NCBI RefSeq assembly: GCF_000743755.1
Contig: NW_014569468.1
Coordinates: forward strand, 1-36,909
Reading direction: 5' to 3'
DNA: 36,909 nucleotides
Source: Blastocystis sp. subtype 4
Lineage: Eukaryota
Of this stretch, positions 24,185 to 35,249 are shown piece by piece. The notes under the pieces are model-generated. The model was not told the DNA's origin. It worked only from the letters and a program-made list of their open reading frames with translations, and made no database searches. A program made the translations under genes and the position numbers. Numbering within the stretch: position 1 is the first letter of the stretch; each line of letters opens with the position of its first letter.

Positions 24185-24631
24185 ATGGTTAGGAATATCG
24201 AGTTTGAAATCATCGAATAGATCTTTCTATCTCTTTTCAATGTGCTCCGAGAGCGACACGCTGTTGTCACTGTGGAACTCAAGAACGGCGTGGAACTTCG
24301 TGGAACATATCCTTGAAATGATAACTAATTCTTGGGTTTCTTCATTATGTACTATTGACTCAGTAGACCCGTTTTTAAACATCAAGTTAGGAAACGTCGA
24401 AGTTGTGAACAAAGAGAGATACCCACATCTTGTAGAGAACAATGAGTGATATTGAACAAGTAGATTCCCATGTCCAACTGTTTCCTTCGAGGATCTGTAA
24501 TTCGGTATATTCATTTATCAAAACTGGATGTAGATGAGGACTTACTTCTGAGTATATCCTTTGAAATGGAATATGGGAGGTTCCTTCATAGATACGCTGC
24601 AAGAACCGAGGCTGAAGATCTAACGAAGTAG
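24185..24631 (+). CDS. LSM2: U6 snRNA-associated Sm-like protein LSm2
   Basis: M|IFLSLFNVLRERHAVVTVELKNGVELRGT|IDSVDPFLNIKLGNVEVVNKERYPHL|IPMSNCFLRGSVIRYIHLSKLDVDEDLLLS|AARTEAEDLTK*, after removing two GT-AG and two AT-AC introns. Confidence 0.92.
24307..24352 (+). other. U12-type AT-AC intron (46 nt) in LSm2
   Basis: Starts ATATCCTT, branch-like TTTCTTCAT, ends TAC. Its removal restores the conserved RGT-IDSVD; without it the frame hits TGA. Confidence 0.9.
24554..24595 (+). other. U12-type AT-AC intron (42 nt) in LSm2
   Basis: Starts ATATCCTTT, branch-like TTCCTTCAT, ends TAC. Removal gives DLLLS-AARTEA, with the same spacing as LSm2 'LLQDAARKEA'. Confidence 0.82.
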
Positions 24632-24648
24632 TTGTACTCTAGATGATT

Positions 24649-24656
24649 TGTTTGTT
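24649..24656 (+). promoter_or_regulatory. TGTTTGTT polyadenylation element (LSm2); similar + strand copies at 1641-1648, 16015-16022 and 35057-35064
   Basis: Exact motif shortly downstream of genomic stop codons of + strand genes. Confidence 0.7.
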
Positions 24657-24687
24657 GTGAACTTAATGGTTGGATGTTTACTAATTC

Positions 24688-25628
24688 ATGGAGAGCAAGC
24701 GTCGAAAGGTGAATTCATCTGTGTTTCTTTCGATTGTATGTTATACTTAGAATGAAAACAACCCTGCAACCATTTTTGGTCATGGATGTAAGGGGGTGTT
24801 TGTGACGTGTGATCGAAATCGTGAAGGAAATGCAGCTACAGAAGTGTATCGTTTATTAGAAGATGTAACATTGGAGGCTGATTCTGACACAATAGTATCT
24901 TGAATCCATCAAAGAAACGGAAGAATCTCCTAACAATGATCTGGATAAAGAATTAGAAGAATTAAGCAAGAAGAAGCATCCTTCTCAGTTTTCTCGAATC
25001 GACCTAGTTTAAGCGTTTCTCTAAACTTATACCCTAGGGAATGAAAGGAATCACATTCATTCGTATTCTTGATGAAACCATCAGTCCAGTAGCAGCAGTG
25101 AAATACATATTCAAGAAGATTAAAAGCACAGGTGTGTCTTCTGCTCGGTATGCAGCTCGAATTATTCCTATCGAGTATTCATGTTATGCTCATATGGAAG
25201 ATGCCGTTGCAACCGTTAAAAAGGCGATTCAAGAAGTGTTCACAGACGATAAGAAAGGACAAACAGTAAATTAAGCCAAGTTCTATAACATCTAGTGGTT
25301 TTGCGACATTAAACGACGCAACAATAATACATTTGATCGAGATGCCTTTATTAAGGCCATCATACCATTCATTGATTCATCCAAGAATCCCGTTTGTTTG
25401 CGCAATGGAGATATTTGCATTCATGTAGATATTGATAAGGGTGTATGTGGAATATCGATTATAACAGAATGGAAGGAGTTAAATGAGTATGAAATGTTCC
25501 TTTCTCTAATGTTCAGCCTAAGTTTGCGAACTATTTTAGATGAAAAGAAACCAAAATTGCAAAAAGAAGAAACGAAAGATCAAGTAGTGAATGCACTCGA
25601 CAAAGACTGGAAATGTGGTTCTGTATGA
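24688..25628 (+). CDS. THUMPD1: THUMP domain protein (THUMPD1/Tan1, tRNA acetylation adaptor)
   Basis: GCKGVFVTCDRNREGNAATEVYRLL, LDKELEELSK, ARYAARIIPIEYSC, IKRRNNNTFDR, ICIHVDIDKGVCGISII. Confidence 0.85.
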
Positions 25629-25742
25629 TCATTATGAATTGGTGAAGCGTAGTGTGGTGCACCCAATTTCCAACAGAATGACATTTGCTGGAAATGTCAA
25701 TTCGATCGTCGCTCTTTTCCTGTTTGTCACAAACATCAACAT

Positions 25743-26423
25743 TCAATGAATCTTCTCCTTCAAACGCTCATTTAAAGTCACTTTGACCCGTGATCTTATA
25801 CTATCATTACGTAACACCAAATGTAAACCCATTACTATCGTTCAGTTCATTCAGCCATTCCTACAAAGAATGAAAACGAGGTGGAATAAAAGGAAGGAGA
25901 AGAAAACCCAGGAATTCCCAACAGCGATCACTGTGAACAAGGCTTCAGCCGCAACAATGCACGAAGGAGTGATACGGTATTCGTTTATCACGAAAGGATG
26001 AGGAACAAGAACAAAAGGAAGTCTACAAATCAACTTAGTTTCCAACATTTACAGCCAAGCTACGACTACGAGAATATCTGCAACCGCAAAAAGAGGCGAA
26101 GAAAAGCTAAACAATCAAGTCCTTCACGAGATACACACGAAGTTATCAAGAGCAGCAATCCATACAGAGCCAGGTAGTTTGTCCGATAGTAGATGAAGTT
26201 GTTGCGGATCCGATCTTCCAATTTGGACCCCTCAGGAACATTGAACTTCTCAAAACACTCATCTAACGGAATCTATCTATTCATATTCATCCAAAAACCC
26301 TACAAACTTTCCCCATCCCCAGCTATTTACGGTTTCCCAGACTGACAGAATCTCTACTCGTCATTTTCTTCTTCTTTTTCTACTTTCGTCATAAGGATTT
26401 TCAGGAATAAGATCTTTTACCAT
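25743..26423 (-). CDS. PRA1 (prenylated Rab acceptor 1) family membrane protein
   Basis: Spliced: FEKFNVPEGSKLEDRIRNNFIYYRTNYLAL, hydrophobic hairpins, LMGLHLVLRND. Confidence 0.8.
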
Positions 26424-26500
26424 CGTTGAATGTTAATAGTGTATTGTCTTCAAGGATTCTTCTCCTCTGTTCTCCCGATTCCCGCGGTATTCATCGTAGA

Positions 26501-26508
26501 AACAAACA
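26501..26508 (-). promoter_or_regulatory. TGTTTGTT polyadenylation element (OSBP)
   Basis: Exact motif 4 nt after an in-frame TA. Confidence 0.8.
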
Positions 26509-26512
26509 ATCA

Positions 26513-28013
26513 TATTTCGTTACAACACTCTCCATGCTCTCCGGCATTCCACGCTCATCATACACATTTCTCGACAAAGCCAGGAAATCACGATATGGAG
26601 CATTCTATCATTCATTCATTTCCTTCACTCCCTACCGGACTCACAGCATTCAAATCAAAGTATTTGAATCGATATCCATTATCCATCTTCCCAACTCCCT
26701 GATGAGGTACTTTCACGAACAGTTTCTGAGTCCAAGGTCGATATGCAGGTGAATCGTGTTTCTGCTGACAAGGTAGTTTTCTCTGATCATCTTCTATGCA
26801 TCATCATTTCATTTCACATCTACCCAACTTTGTCTTATTCACCTGCACTGTATTCCAGTCAGGTCCCTCAGGTCTGCGGATAGCTTGTGTCACCGTATTC
26901 CACAAACAACGAGATTCATATGGTCCCTGATATGGTACATCTAAGACCTTCTTTGGGAGTACAGTGAGCTTGGTGACATCGAGGAAGAGAGATTCCTGCT
27001 TCTTCGATGGATCTGTCAGATAGAAACAGGAATCCCAATGGCCATGAAGATAATGAATCACCTCTCCATTGTGAGTGATCGTAGCAGTCACTCGATTGTA
27101 ATCACCTCCAAACATAGGCTATCAATCACTCACACTCCTCATACTCACTTTGCCATGGAATTCAATCTCAGCACTGTAACCTGTCTTTGGACAGCTGAAA
27201 CTCAGCTTGTCAATCAGTTGCATACGAAGAGTACCAAAAAACAGACCTGTTCCTGCAAAGGCTGGAATGATGGTATTATACTAGATTCAGAAAGAATAAC
27301 CAGTTCATACCACTTCATCGAATTTTGGAAGGAACACCTCAATGTTACCCAACATACTGCCCATTGCACTATTTCCCGTGAAATGAGACTTCGTCCAAAT
27401 ATATCCATTCACACAATATTGTTTCTTCTGATTTTCAAGATAGAAAGCAGAAATGGGAGGATGGTGATTACATTGTTCAGCCACGTAACTAACACGACTC
27501 TCAGGTGTATCTACAATACAAGAGAAAGTTTCTCCAATAATAGGATTGTAAGGTTTTTTACAACCATGAGTCTTGTAATGCCAACTGGACAAATACCATT
27601 TCAATAAAAGCATGAAACGCTTGTAAGCATCATCGCTTTGTAGACTACAATGATATACCTGTTCAATTATCTACTCTGGAGAATCCAGAAGATCCACATG
27701 CATAAGCATATCACCGAGATGCTCCAAAAGAGATCGAGGTGATAAGAAGAATACTGGAATTAGAACACGAGTTAGATCCTGTCCTACAACCTTACTCGAA
27801 TCATCCACTCATACCAGGCTTTAAGGATTTCAAAATGTGCATGAAGAGACTAGGTTGAACATAAGGCTCACCATTCACCTCTCCACCTCGTGTACTTTCA
27901 GGATCTAAATTCGTAAACGAAAACATATTCTAAATACCTTCTACGGTGTACTGAGCATAGTCAATGCCCTTAGAATAATCAGAAAGAGGGGGTAGCGATG
28001 TTACTTCAGCCAT
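26513..28013 (-). CDS. Oxysterol-binding protein-related protein (short, ORD only); stop probably completed by poly(A)
   Basis: DLTRVLIPVFFLSPRSLLE, KKPYNPIIGETF, AEQCNHHPPISAF (EQVSHHPP signature), ESRCLWNTVT. Ends AAA-TA, then 4 nt, then TGTTTGTT. Confidence 0.9.
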
Positions 28014-28329
28014 TGAACGTTCTAGGACCTGTTATCATCATGTTAAAGCCATAGTAAAACTAACAACTTACAGAAGAATAGAATGAAGAATACCAAATCT
28101 TTGGGGGCTTTACGGATGAAGCGTTTCATTCTCATGAAACTCAATCCTTTCAGATAAATGGAATATTCGATTGTACGGATTGTTTCAGCATCCTAGGAAG
28201 AAGGATAAGGGTAAGTGGTCATGGTATCTCGCTTTTCCTAAGTACTATGGTATGTGAAAGGACCGAGAGTGAAAGAGTATATTGGAACCATCCAATTCAT
28301 AAACTGTACGGATGTCATCACAAACACAT

Positions 28330-29358
28330 TCACATAGATATAATATCATTAACAATATCAGCAACCAAATCTACATACCCTCCTCCAAATAGATTAGCAT
28401 GATTTAAAACATGGTACAAATCATAAACTTGACGACGTTGCAAATAGTCATCTGGAAGTTGCCACTCGTCATTATATCCTTGATAAAAGGAGTTCGGAAA
28501 ACAACCAAACGACTACATCCAAGAGTACATTCAAACCTACTTGCGTCATAATAATATCTGTTTCACGGTCGCCATAATACACTGCAGGATCAAAGACAAC
28601 AGGAATTGACGATTGGATGAACGAAGCATTTCCACCCCAAAGGTCACTACAAATGTAAAAATTGGGTTGCATATACCCGTGAAGAAGAGAAGGTGGAGGA
28701 TGATGCTTCTCTAAGAGTTGTTGGACCTTTTGGAGGAGAGAATCCTTATGATCACAAGTATACCCATTCTCTTCAAATAGCTCGATTTGAGGAGTTAGAC
28801 GTTGCTGAATGAAGAAATCACACCAAGATTCTGTCCAATGATTGTGTTGAGGAGTACTTCCTATGAAGTTGTCCTTATCTAAACCATAGTATCCTGATGG
28901 ACTTAGCGATCGGTGCATCTGGGCTAGTTGTTGTCCCATCGAATAATACAGCGACTACAACTCAGTATCAACTTCAAGTTATACCCTTTTGTCTCGCACA
29001 AATTTGAGATACTCAACCACCATAAAATAACGGTCCTCAAAGGAGCCTTGACAGTACACTTCAGGAACACGGATCGAATGTGAATTTCGGATTAATAATA
29101 ATCCATATATCTCACTCTGAATATAAGAATCCAAAATGACCATACATCAATTGGTTCCTTCCATTTACTAATCTTGCAGAAATAGCGATTTCCAGTTTGG
29201 TCCTGCAACACATTAGTCTATTCAATGATGAAAGCCATCATTACTAACGTCACTCAACGGATAATCACATTCCAATTCAATTTCTTTCTCTACAATCAAT
29301 AGGACGAGTAGAGCAAACTCAAGGCACCAGACAGACAAGTTGAGATTGCTGTCAACAT
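28330..29358 (-). CDS. Fructosamine/ketosamine-3-kinase family protein
   Basis: GQQLAQMH, DNFIGSTPQHNHW, PSLLHG|DLWGGN, FDPAVYYGDRETD, YDLYHVLNHANLFGGGY. TGA 28330-28332, with TGTTTGTG 4 nt after the TG. Confidence 0.92.
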
Positions 29359-29990
29359 GATTATGACTCAAGCTTTCTTGAAACAAACAACTAGCTACAT
29401 TTATACAAAGTATCATTATATGCCCACAATGATATCCGCCTTATAGAGTTCATCTTTGAAGAAGGTAGCAGAATTAGGATCAGTTTGCATATTAATAGCA
29501 AAGATTCCTACATAGAATTACATTTTTACCTCATATCACCCATAATTATAAATATTGAAAAACAGTTCAGTGATTCTTCATATCCTTGATAATCAAGAAC
29601 TGATGAGTTTTAGCACATGTATGTTATGTTGATTATTTTGGAAAGAAGAATAAGAGAAATCGATTGTAAGTAGCAGAAAATAGTGCAGGAATTGATTTTG
29701 AAGGAATATCTCGTAATGTTGTTAGTTTCTCATAAGCTTCGTGTTTGCAATTCATAGAACCTGTAGGATCTGGTTCTACAAGAATTCACAAATGCATCGT
29801 TTTCTTTGGCCTAATGACCTAGATTGTTTTAAAACAATAAATAGCTGTCATCGACCAGATTAATTCTTCAATCCCACAAAAGGAGTAAACTGCAATAAAT
29901 GTGGAGTAATCAACAATTCATAAATACTAAGACTACATAACTACTAAACTGTTTCTCCATTTTAGTGGCTTTGTAGAATTCATTTATAAC

Positions 29991-32900
29991 ATGAAGGCCT
30001 TTATCGCCGTTTTGTTATTTAGTAGGAGAGTAAGTGGGGGCTGATCACTTAGTGTTTGTTTACAGCACAAACACATGCGAGGACAATGAAGTTTATATCC
30101 GAGTTGCCAAGAATTGTGGAGCTAGGGCTGATGAGGAATCTTACGTTATTAAGAGTGGAAACTCTGTAGTTGTTACTAGTCTTCCCTTTGCTGATAATGA
30201 GTTTCGAGAGACTGAGTACTGTCTTCCGCAGTCTACAGACTCTCAGTACACGTTTTTAGTGAAGGACTCGTAGTTGTGTTGATTCAGTTTTAGTTTGTAG
30301 ATATGGTGATGGTTGGTCTAAGAGCTCCTATTTTATCGTTTACTCTCAGTACGACAGTGTTGTTTTACGAAACTTTATGTTTGATCTTTCTGAAGATTCT
30401 TACACCTTGTCTCGTAGTTCTTTTCCTTCTTCTTTATTCTAGTTTACACGCCCATCGAACAGAGTTCTACTTGGAAGTTCCATGCCGGTTCCTCCGAGAA
30501 CAATTGGAATACTGTTACTTTCAATGACGATCAGTGGATGAATGTCAATCTGGCCTCACCCACTGCTGAGACTTCTGGAACTCAGTATTTCCGTCACACC
30601 TTTAGAGGTGTAGCTGACCTTGCTGCTTATCAGTTAAGCATGCTGTATGAGTATGGAATTGTAGCCTATATTAATGGAAATGAAATATTCCGAGATAATA
30701 TGGTTGATGGAGAGGTTACTTCCACTACACCAGCTACTGGGCATTATACCAATATAACATATCACTCCGTTGTTCGTAGTGCTATCGAAGTGGCTACCAC
30801 TCAATCTGTATTGGCCATTGAACTTCATTTTATGGATACTCCTCAAACAATCATTAACTTCAATGCTTGGATGATGGTATATGCTTCGAGTACTCCTTCT
30901 CCTGCTTCTCCTTCGATCTATAGTTGTTATATGCTTCCTGAGCCTTCTAGTTATCTATCTTCGTTTGACGATAATGAATTGTCCATGGACCTTAATGTCG
31001 ATACCATGTGTGCTCTTGCTGCTCAATCTGGTTATATGATTGTTACTTACACCAATATGGCTGCTACTGTGAATGCTATTGGTATGTGGGCCAATCGTGG
31101 TACTGTGGGTGGAGTGCCAACTCGTATCAATGTTGGTGGTATCGCAGCTGCCTCTGCATCTACGTCTGCTGAAGTTAATCCTATTGTAATCGGTCCTAGT
31201 TATGGAGCTGTAGCTGGTACTCTTCATATGTCGTATGGTCTCTTCAGTCGTGTGAACTATCGCCATATTCGTATGGATTATCTTGAGACTGCTGCCACAA
31301 ATCGAGTACACATCCGTGAACAATCATTGTATGTGTGTAATATTCCAGTACCAACATCAATGACATTCACTCCGAATACCTTCACCTTGAAGAAGGATAT
31401 AACCAATGTTTCTATCTCTCCTGATACTCAAGGATTCCACACATGTACTGTGGAGCCCGCTCTTCCTCAAGGATTGACATTAGATCCTACATCTTGTACA
31501 ATCCAGGGTATTCCTACTGAGATTAAAAATGGTGTGTATACCATCACCTCCTCTCCTGCTGGTTACACACCTATCTCTGGTACCATTAGTATCACTGTGG
31601 AAGTTTGTAATGGTGCCATTCTCATGTATGCACATGCATATGCACGTTCATCTCGCGAGGAGGGATTCCGTTTGACAGATGCTGAGTCTGGAGAAACTGT
31701 GTTCGATGATCCTCCAGTGGCCAATCCTAATCGAGATGCCAACTATCAAGAACGTATGTGTGTTGAGAAGAAGAGGTTGAATGCTGAGTGTTACGGTATT
31801 GTACAGTGGGCTACTAACAGTTTCGCTTTCTTGTATACTGTCTCAGGTACAAAGATGGAACCTCTGGTCCGCTGTTCACTCTCTGCCTTCTTTACAATTC
31901 GAACGAACAATCTGATAAATCCTGCATTCAGTATTGCTGAGAATGAACAGTGGTATTATAAGATGGGTGAAGTGCCTGCGAATTGGTATAACTCAAACAC
32001 TCAGGGTTGGCAGCAAGCCAGTTATGGTACTTTCCCTAGTTCCAGCAATCGTGTTCAGCTTTACAAGAAGACATTCAATGTCGCTTCTCTGGATTCAATT
32101 GCTGGATTCTCTGTGGGTATTCAGTATCGTTATGCTGTTGTCGTGTATCTCAATGACCGTTTGATCTTCCAGAATGGTTTTGAAGGTGAGTTGAGTACCA
32201 CTTCTGTGACTGACCATGCCTATCCTCAGATGGACTTCTATTACTTCACGAAGCCTACCGGTACCTTCGCTTTGGAGAGTTCTAGTGTTAGTTATCTCCA
32301 GCAGGGAGACAACACTATTGCCATTGGTATTCTATCACTTACAGACACTATCGTTGCTTCTACTTTTGATGCTACGTTGTTGCTGTTAGCTGGAGACTCT
32401 ACATTGCGTACCTTTGGTATGACTGCAACTTATGGAGGAACTATCTCGGCATACAGTAATGCCTTTGGTAATTATGCCATGAGCACTGTTAGTGCTTACA
32501 GCTGTGGAGATAACTTCATTGAAATTGTTTTTGACAATTATAGAATGGAAACACTCACATCATTCGAGGTCACTAGTCATTACGCGGTCTTCACCCAGGC
32601 CATGGATGGAGTGACTGTGAAAGCAAAGCGTTCCTCCAGTGATGATACATATGTGACATTGGGAGAGTTCTATGGATGGAAGTGGTGGCAAATTGCTCAG
32701 AAGAAACATGTTTATCTTCAGAATGGAGATGCTTACAATGTGTACCGATTTGAGAACTTCAATGGTACTGCTTCCAATTGTAGATGGACACTAACCTATC
32801 TTGATTTGATCACAGACAGTTTCACTCAGGAACCTCCTCCACTGACATACACTTCACAAGAAGTATTCCAAAATATCGAAATTGCTGAGATCTTCCCCTC

Positions 32901-35049
32901 TTCTGATTTGTATTACGGTTTCGAGGTGAATCCTGCTCTTCCTGAAGGTCTATCGCTCGATATGTCGACTGGAGCCATTGTAGGAACTCCTACTGTATTG
33001 ACTCCGACTACTACGTACACCATCACAGCTCGTAAGCCTAATAATGAGCAGGTGACTTGCACTGTTGATTTGGCTGTATCCGTGTGCTCTGGAACACGTA
33101 GTCTGATTACTGCAACTATCACCACAAGTTCAAGTCCTGCTGGTGAACACTACAAGGTCTATCAAGGTCGTGGCCACACAGGTACTGTGATGAGAGAAGA
33201 GCTCTCTCTGTACATGGCAAGTAGTAATCTTCTGTATGCTGACTTCTGTTTGCCTCATGGACTCTATACATTGGAGCTTGGTAACGGTGGTTATTATGGT
33301 AATTCCTTCCCTTCAGGTCATTCTCTCTCTGTGGATGTGGGTACTCTCCGTTTTGATCTTCAGTACTATGAAGGAGATGTTCCTACTATCTATCGTACAT
33401 TCTCTTCGTATCTGCCCTTCCAAATCAATTATGACGATTGGCATTTCCACACAAGTACGGATGAAGTGTCCAGCGAATGGACCAGAGCTTCATTTGATGA
33501 TTCACAGTGGACTATTGGTAAGGCCTCAGAGCTGGGTAATGTGCCAACGACCACAGCTTATCTTCGACGTAAGTTCAATATCCCATCTCTCGATGATTAT
33601 CAAGTGTTGAACGTACATCTGAAGTACAGTGGTGGTGTTGCTGCTTACTTCAATGGTCGTCTCGTTGCTCGTTTCAATCTCCCAAGCACATTCACTTCCA
33701 GTACTCCTGCTGTGGCCGCTCATGATTCTACTCTGTTCTCCGCATTCCATGTGATTCTGGCAACTTCAGGTGCTGTTGCTGGAGATGAGAATGTGATTGC
33801 CTTTGAGGAGCATCGTTCTGCTGATCAGTCCACTGCTGACGAAATGATCTTCGATGCTACGGGTGTGTTCGGTGTGAATGATTGCTCACCTGTTCTTGAT
33901 TCATATTCTTCTTTGACTGGCTCAACTCTGACATCTGGAGGTTTTGCCAGTCTGTTTGATGTCAACCATTCTACCTCAGCTGAGTTCGAGAACGAGCTGG
34001 GTGCTTATGTGGAATGGATTGTAGAGAATGAAGAAGGAACGAAGTTTAACAATTATGGTCTCCACTCGGCCATAGACGTCACCATGGGATTCTCGCTCTA
34101 TGGTCGTCACGAAGAGGTAGATGACTATACCACACTCCATGAAATTGTTGGAGCTGAGCTGCTTACACGTGAACGTACCGCTTTCAATACTCCTGTGGGT
34201 ATCGCTTCCTTCAGACAACTGCGTTGGGAGGTTGATGTGATTGGTTCTAAGGCTCTGCGTGCTTCTGAACTGATTCTTCAGTACTGCAAGGTAACAGGCA
34301 ACGTATGTCCTGCTGTAGGTGACTATCCAGCTGTGCCTTTGGGTGAGATCTCTCCTTCTCGTTGTCCCGAGAAGTATACTGGTTATTCGTTCCGTACTTG
34401 TATGGAGGATGGTCGATTGAGTGAGATTGACACTAGTCATTGTATCCCTAAACTCCCTGAGGATGTACACTATCTCCGTGCTGCTTATCAATTTGTGATG
34501 GATACATCTGTAACCACTGGTGATGTGGTTTATAGTAATATTGTTGACGAATTCTATGTCGATGAAGATGTGAAGCTCCCAGCTGGATTGACTATCAATC
34601 CTACCACTGGAGCTATTAGTGGTACTCCTACTACTATCCAGGATCTGGAGACATATCGTGTGTATGCAAAGAACAGTCGAGGTGTGGTGTATGCCGATGT
34701 GAGTATTCAGGTGCGTAAGGGAGTATGTCCTGCAGATTCAGTATTCGAAATCACAGAAGTCGGTAAGACCTTTGTCTATGAATGTTCGAAACAGGGAGCT
34801 TATGTTGGTACTCAGAGTCGTAAGTGTGTATTGGGAGCGACTGATGGTGAATGGCAGAAGGCTTCTGGTTTCTGTATGTCGATAGTCCTGATTGTAGTCC
34901 TAATTGTTATTGCCATTATTATCATTGCTGCTATTGTCTTTGTACTGATTCGTATCTCTCGCAAGTCGAAGGCTGTTGGAGGTGTGAAGGGAAAGAAGGT
35001 GGCAACTGTCCAAAAGGCTACAAAGAAGGAAAAGGAGGTGAAGGTTTAA
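29991..35049 (+). CDS. Large type-I membrane protein with three repeated jelly-roll + putative Ig (He_PIG-like) modules
   Basis: Signal-like MKAFIAVLLFMFVYS. Repeats YFRHTF..AYINGNEIFR / YKKTF..VYLNDRLIF / YLRRKF..AYFNGRLVAR and LPQGLTLDPTSCTIQGIPT / LPEGLSLDMSTGAIVGTPT / LPAGLTINPTTGAISGTPT. TM helix IVLIVVLIVIAIIIIAAIVFVLI, then a Lys-rich tail. Confidence 0.85.
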
Positions 35050-35249
35050 GAGTTTTTGTTTGTTGCATGCACAACAGTTTGTTGGAATGACTCCATGCTA
35101 GTTAAATTTGCATTGCTTAACGTCTAAACAGTGAGTGGTCTCAATTATTGAAGAGAAAGGCGTTCAACTCTTTGATCAACTCAGTTCCCCGTTTCCACGT
35201 TTCAATTTGGCTCCATTTCCTCATAGATCTTGCGACTTTGAAACAAAGG

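Noticed and set aside
25743..28013. OSBP-PRA1 fusion
   Set aside because: A poly(A) element, in-frame stops and a separate ATG at 26423 divide them into two genes.
29823..29838. 16-bp palindrome ATTGTTTTAAAACAAT
   Set aside because: AT-rich, single copy, with no flanking TIR/TSD structure; plausibly chance.
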